The notes beneath the pieces are model-generated. The model did not search any database. It saw nothing but the letters and a program-made list of their open reading frames with translations, and was not told the DNA's origin. Shown here in pieces: positions 61,726 to 63,138 of a stretch of DNA of 63,138 nt. A program made the position numbers and the translations under genes. How positions within the stretch are numbered: the stretch's first letter is position 1; each line of letters starts with the position of its first letter. This DNA comes from Rhodospirillales bacterium (GTDB lineage: Bacteria; Pseudomonadota; Alphaproteobacteria; Rhodospirillales; 2-12-FULL-67-15): contig VGZQ01000001.1 in NCBI GenBank assembly GCA_016872535.1, forward strand, positions 1-63,138, in the 5' to 3' direction.

Positions 61726-62637
61726 ATGGTTTTTGTTCGCATGGATTCCAACCTGCCCACGCAAGGTCCTTTCGCGCTCGCGGAAAAAGCGCCATACGCC
61801 CGTTGGCGTGATATGAAGCTATCCGCATATCCTTTTAATAAGGAAAGATTTTTTGTGAGAATAGCCGACCCGATCGACCCCTCGGGCTCCGAGCGCGCCG
61901 AAGCCGCTGAAATTGTGCGATGCACAAATTTTTTTCTATACCGGACGCCGGCGAAAGGCATGCCGGGGCGCGACGTCGCCCAGGGCCTCGCCCGGGCGTT
62001 CGGTCTACGCCGGCTCGATTCCAACCCCATGGCCGACGACGACGGCCTCAGCCAGGTAACCGTGCGGAAAGGCGGCGCGAAGCGCTACATCCCCTATACC
62101 GACCGCCCGATTCAATGGCACACCGACGGCTACTACAACGCGCCCGATCGCCAGATCCGGGGCTTCCTGCTCCACTGCGAACAGAGCGCGGCCGAAGGCG
62201 GCGAAAGCCGGATCATGGACCACGAGATCGTCTACATCCTGCTGCGCGAGCGCGACCCGGACCTGGTCGCCGCGCTCTTCCATCCCGAAGCCATGACCGT
62301 CCCCGCCGACGAAGCCGACGGGCGCGAACCGCGCCCCGCGCGCACGGGCCCCGTCTTTTCGGTCGATCCGGCGAGCGGCGCGTTGCACATGCGCTACACC
62401 GCGCGGACCCGCAGCATCGTCTGGCTCGACGACGCGCGCGTGCGCGCCGCCGCCGAGGCGTTGACCGATATCCTCGACGATCCCGCCTCGCCCTATGTGG
62501 TCCGCCATCGCCTCGAGCCGGGCGAAGGCGTCATCTGCAACAACGTGCTGCATGGGCGCACCGCGTTTCGCGACGACGCGGCGCATAAGCGGCTGGTCTG
62601 GCGGGCGCGCAGCTACGACCGGATCGCGACGGTTTGA
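61726..62637 (+). CDS. TauD/TfdA-family Fe(II)/2-oxoglutarate dioxygenase-like protein
   Basis: WHTDGYY (HxD of the facial triad) with a distal LHGRT, and R...W near the C-terminus. 303 aa, divergent from dsrA. Confidence 0.65.
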   Translation: MVFVRMDSNLPTQGPFALAEKAPYARWRDMKLSAYPFNKERFFVRIADPIDPSGSERAEAAEIVRCTNFFLYRTPAKGMPGRDVAQGLARAFGLRRLDSNPMADDDGLSQVTVRKGGAKRYIPYTDRPIQWHTDGYYNAPDRQIRGFLLHCEQSAAEGGESRIMDHEIVYILLRERDPDLVAALFHPEAMTVPADEADGREPRPARTGPVFSVDPASGALHMRYTARTRSIVWLDDARVRAAAEALTDILDDPASPYVVRHRLEPGEGVICNNVLHGRTAFRDDAAHKRLVWRARSYDRIATV

Positions 62638-62657
62638 GAACGCAGAAGGAGGCTTCC

Positions 62658-62876
62658 GTGGCGCTTTACACCATTCGCGGCGAAATCGATGCTTTCGACG
62701 CGCCCTGGGGCAAGAAAATCGCCCTCCAGAAGGTCGAGTACGAGGGCGGCCTCAACCTGCTCCGGGTCAGGATCAAGGAAGGAAGCCGCTTCACGCTCCT
62801 CGACCTCGATCCCGCGAGCGCGAAACGGCTCGCCGATGCGCTTGCCGCCTGGGCCGACGAGGCGTCCGCGTCATGA
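62658..62876 (+). CDS. hypothetical small protein (72 aa)
   Basis: The GTG at 62658 is preceded by AGGAGG. Good GC3 bias. The stop overlaps the next gene's ATG (ATGA). Confidence 0.5.
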   Translation: MALYTIRGEIDAFDAPWGKKIALQKVEYEGGLNLLRVRIKEGSRFTLLDLDPASAKRLADALAAWADEASAS

Positions 62877-63138
62877 TCGATCCCGGCCTCTTCTCGGCTT
62901 TCGTCCTCGCCGTCGCGGTCCTCATGCTCACGCCCGGACCGAACGTCGCGCTGATCGTCGGCAACAGCGTCGCTTTCGGGTCGCGCTACGGCCTGCTCAC
63001 GGTCGCCGGGACCAGTTCGGCCATGGCCGCGCAGATCGCCCTCACGGCGTTCGGCATGGCGGAACTGCTCGCCGGCGCGGGTCGGTGGTTCGACGCGATC
63101 CGTTGGGTCGGCGTCGCTTATCTCGTGTACCTCGGCGT
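62873..63138 (+). CDS. LysE/RhtB-family amino-acid exporter, N-terminal fragment (3' end lies outside the window)
   Basis: MIDPGLFSAFVLAVAVLMLTPGPNVALIVGNS... is the typical LysE N-terminus. The frame stays open to the window end. Confidence 0.75.
   Translation, partial: MIDPGLFSAFVLAVAVLMLTPGPNVALIVGNSVAFGSRYGLLTVAGTSSAMAAQIALTAFGMAELLAGAGRWFDAIRWVGVAYLVYLG

Noticed and set aside
1-63138. Mobile elements, CRISPR arrays, tRNA/rRNA genes, or a horizontally acquired island with clear borders.
   Set aside because: I saw no transposase, integrase or phage-like ORFs, no regularly spaced direct repeats and no tRNA-like cloverleaf candidates in the intergenic gaps. Composition is uniformly GC-rich except for short promoter islands.

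Overview
GC-rich (probably alphaproteobacterial), gene-dense chromosomal window with about 66 CDS. I saw no rRNA, tRNA, CRISPR array or transposase. The content is dominated by sulfur metabolism. (1) 1-6842: a pta fragment, then a TauE-like exporter, ackA, a SucCD-type CoA ligase, an acylating aldehyde dehydrogenase and a divergent LysR gene. This looks like a sulfoacetate/sulfoacetaldehyde route. (2) 6923-20404: bioY, tctCBA, ubiX, several hypothetical genes, a BNR-repeat plus MoaD-like pair, and an operon of UbiD decarboxylase, TAXI-TRAP transporter and amidohydrolase. (3) 20493-22374: an isolated soxCD-type sulfite dehydrogenase. (4) 23097-32354: a methanesulfonate monooxygenase cluster, msmABCD, whose alpha subunit has the unusual CxH-X26-CxxH Rieske spacing. 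It is divergent from an msmEFGH-like ABC importer. (5) 32578-38580: a LysR gene, a second TauE, and three folate/C1 genes (GcvT-like, PanB-like, fhs). (6) 44691-61558: a complete oxidative-type dsr locus in the order dsrABEFHCMK-L-L-JOP, then a glycosyltransferase-family-3 gene, a DsrN::CobA fusion and cbiX. Most notable points: a recurrent operator-like motif shared by the soxCD, msm and folate-module promoters, tandem dsrL paralogues, the DsrN-SUMT fusion, and several perfect intercistronic stem-loops. All functional calls come from reading the translations by eye. No searches were run.
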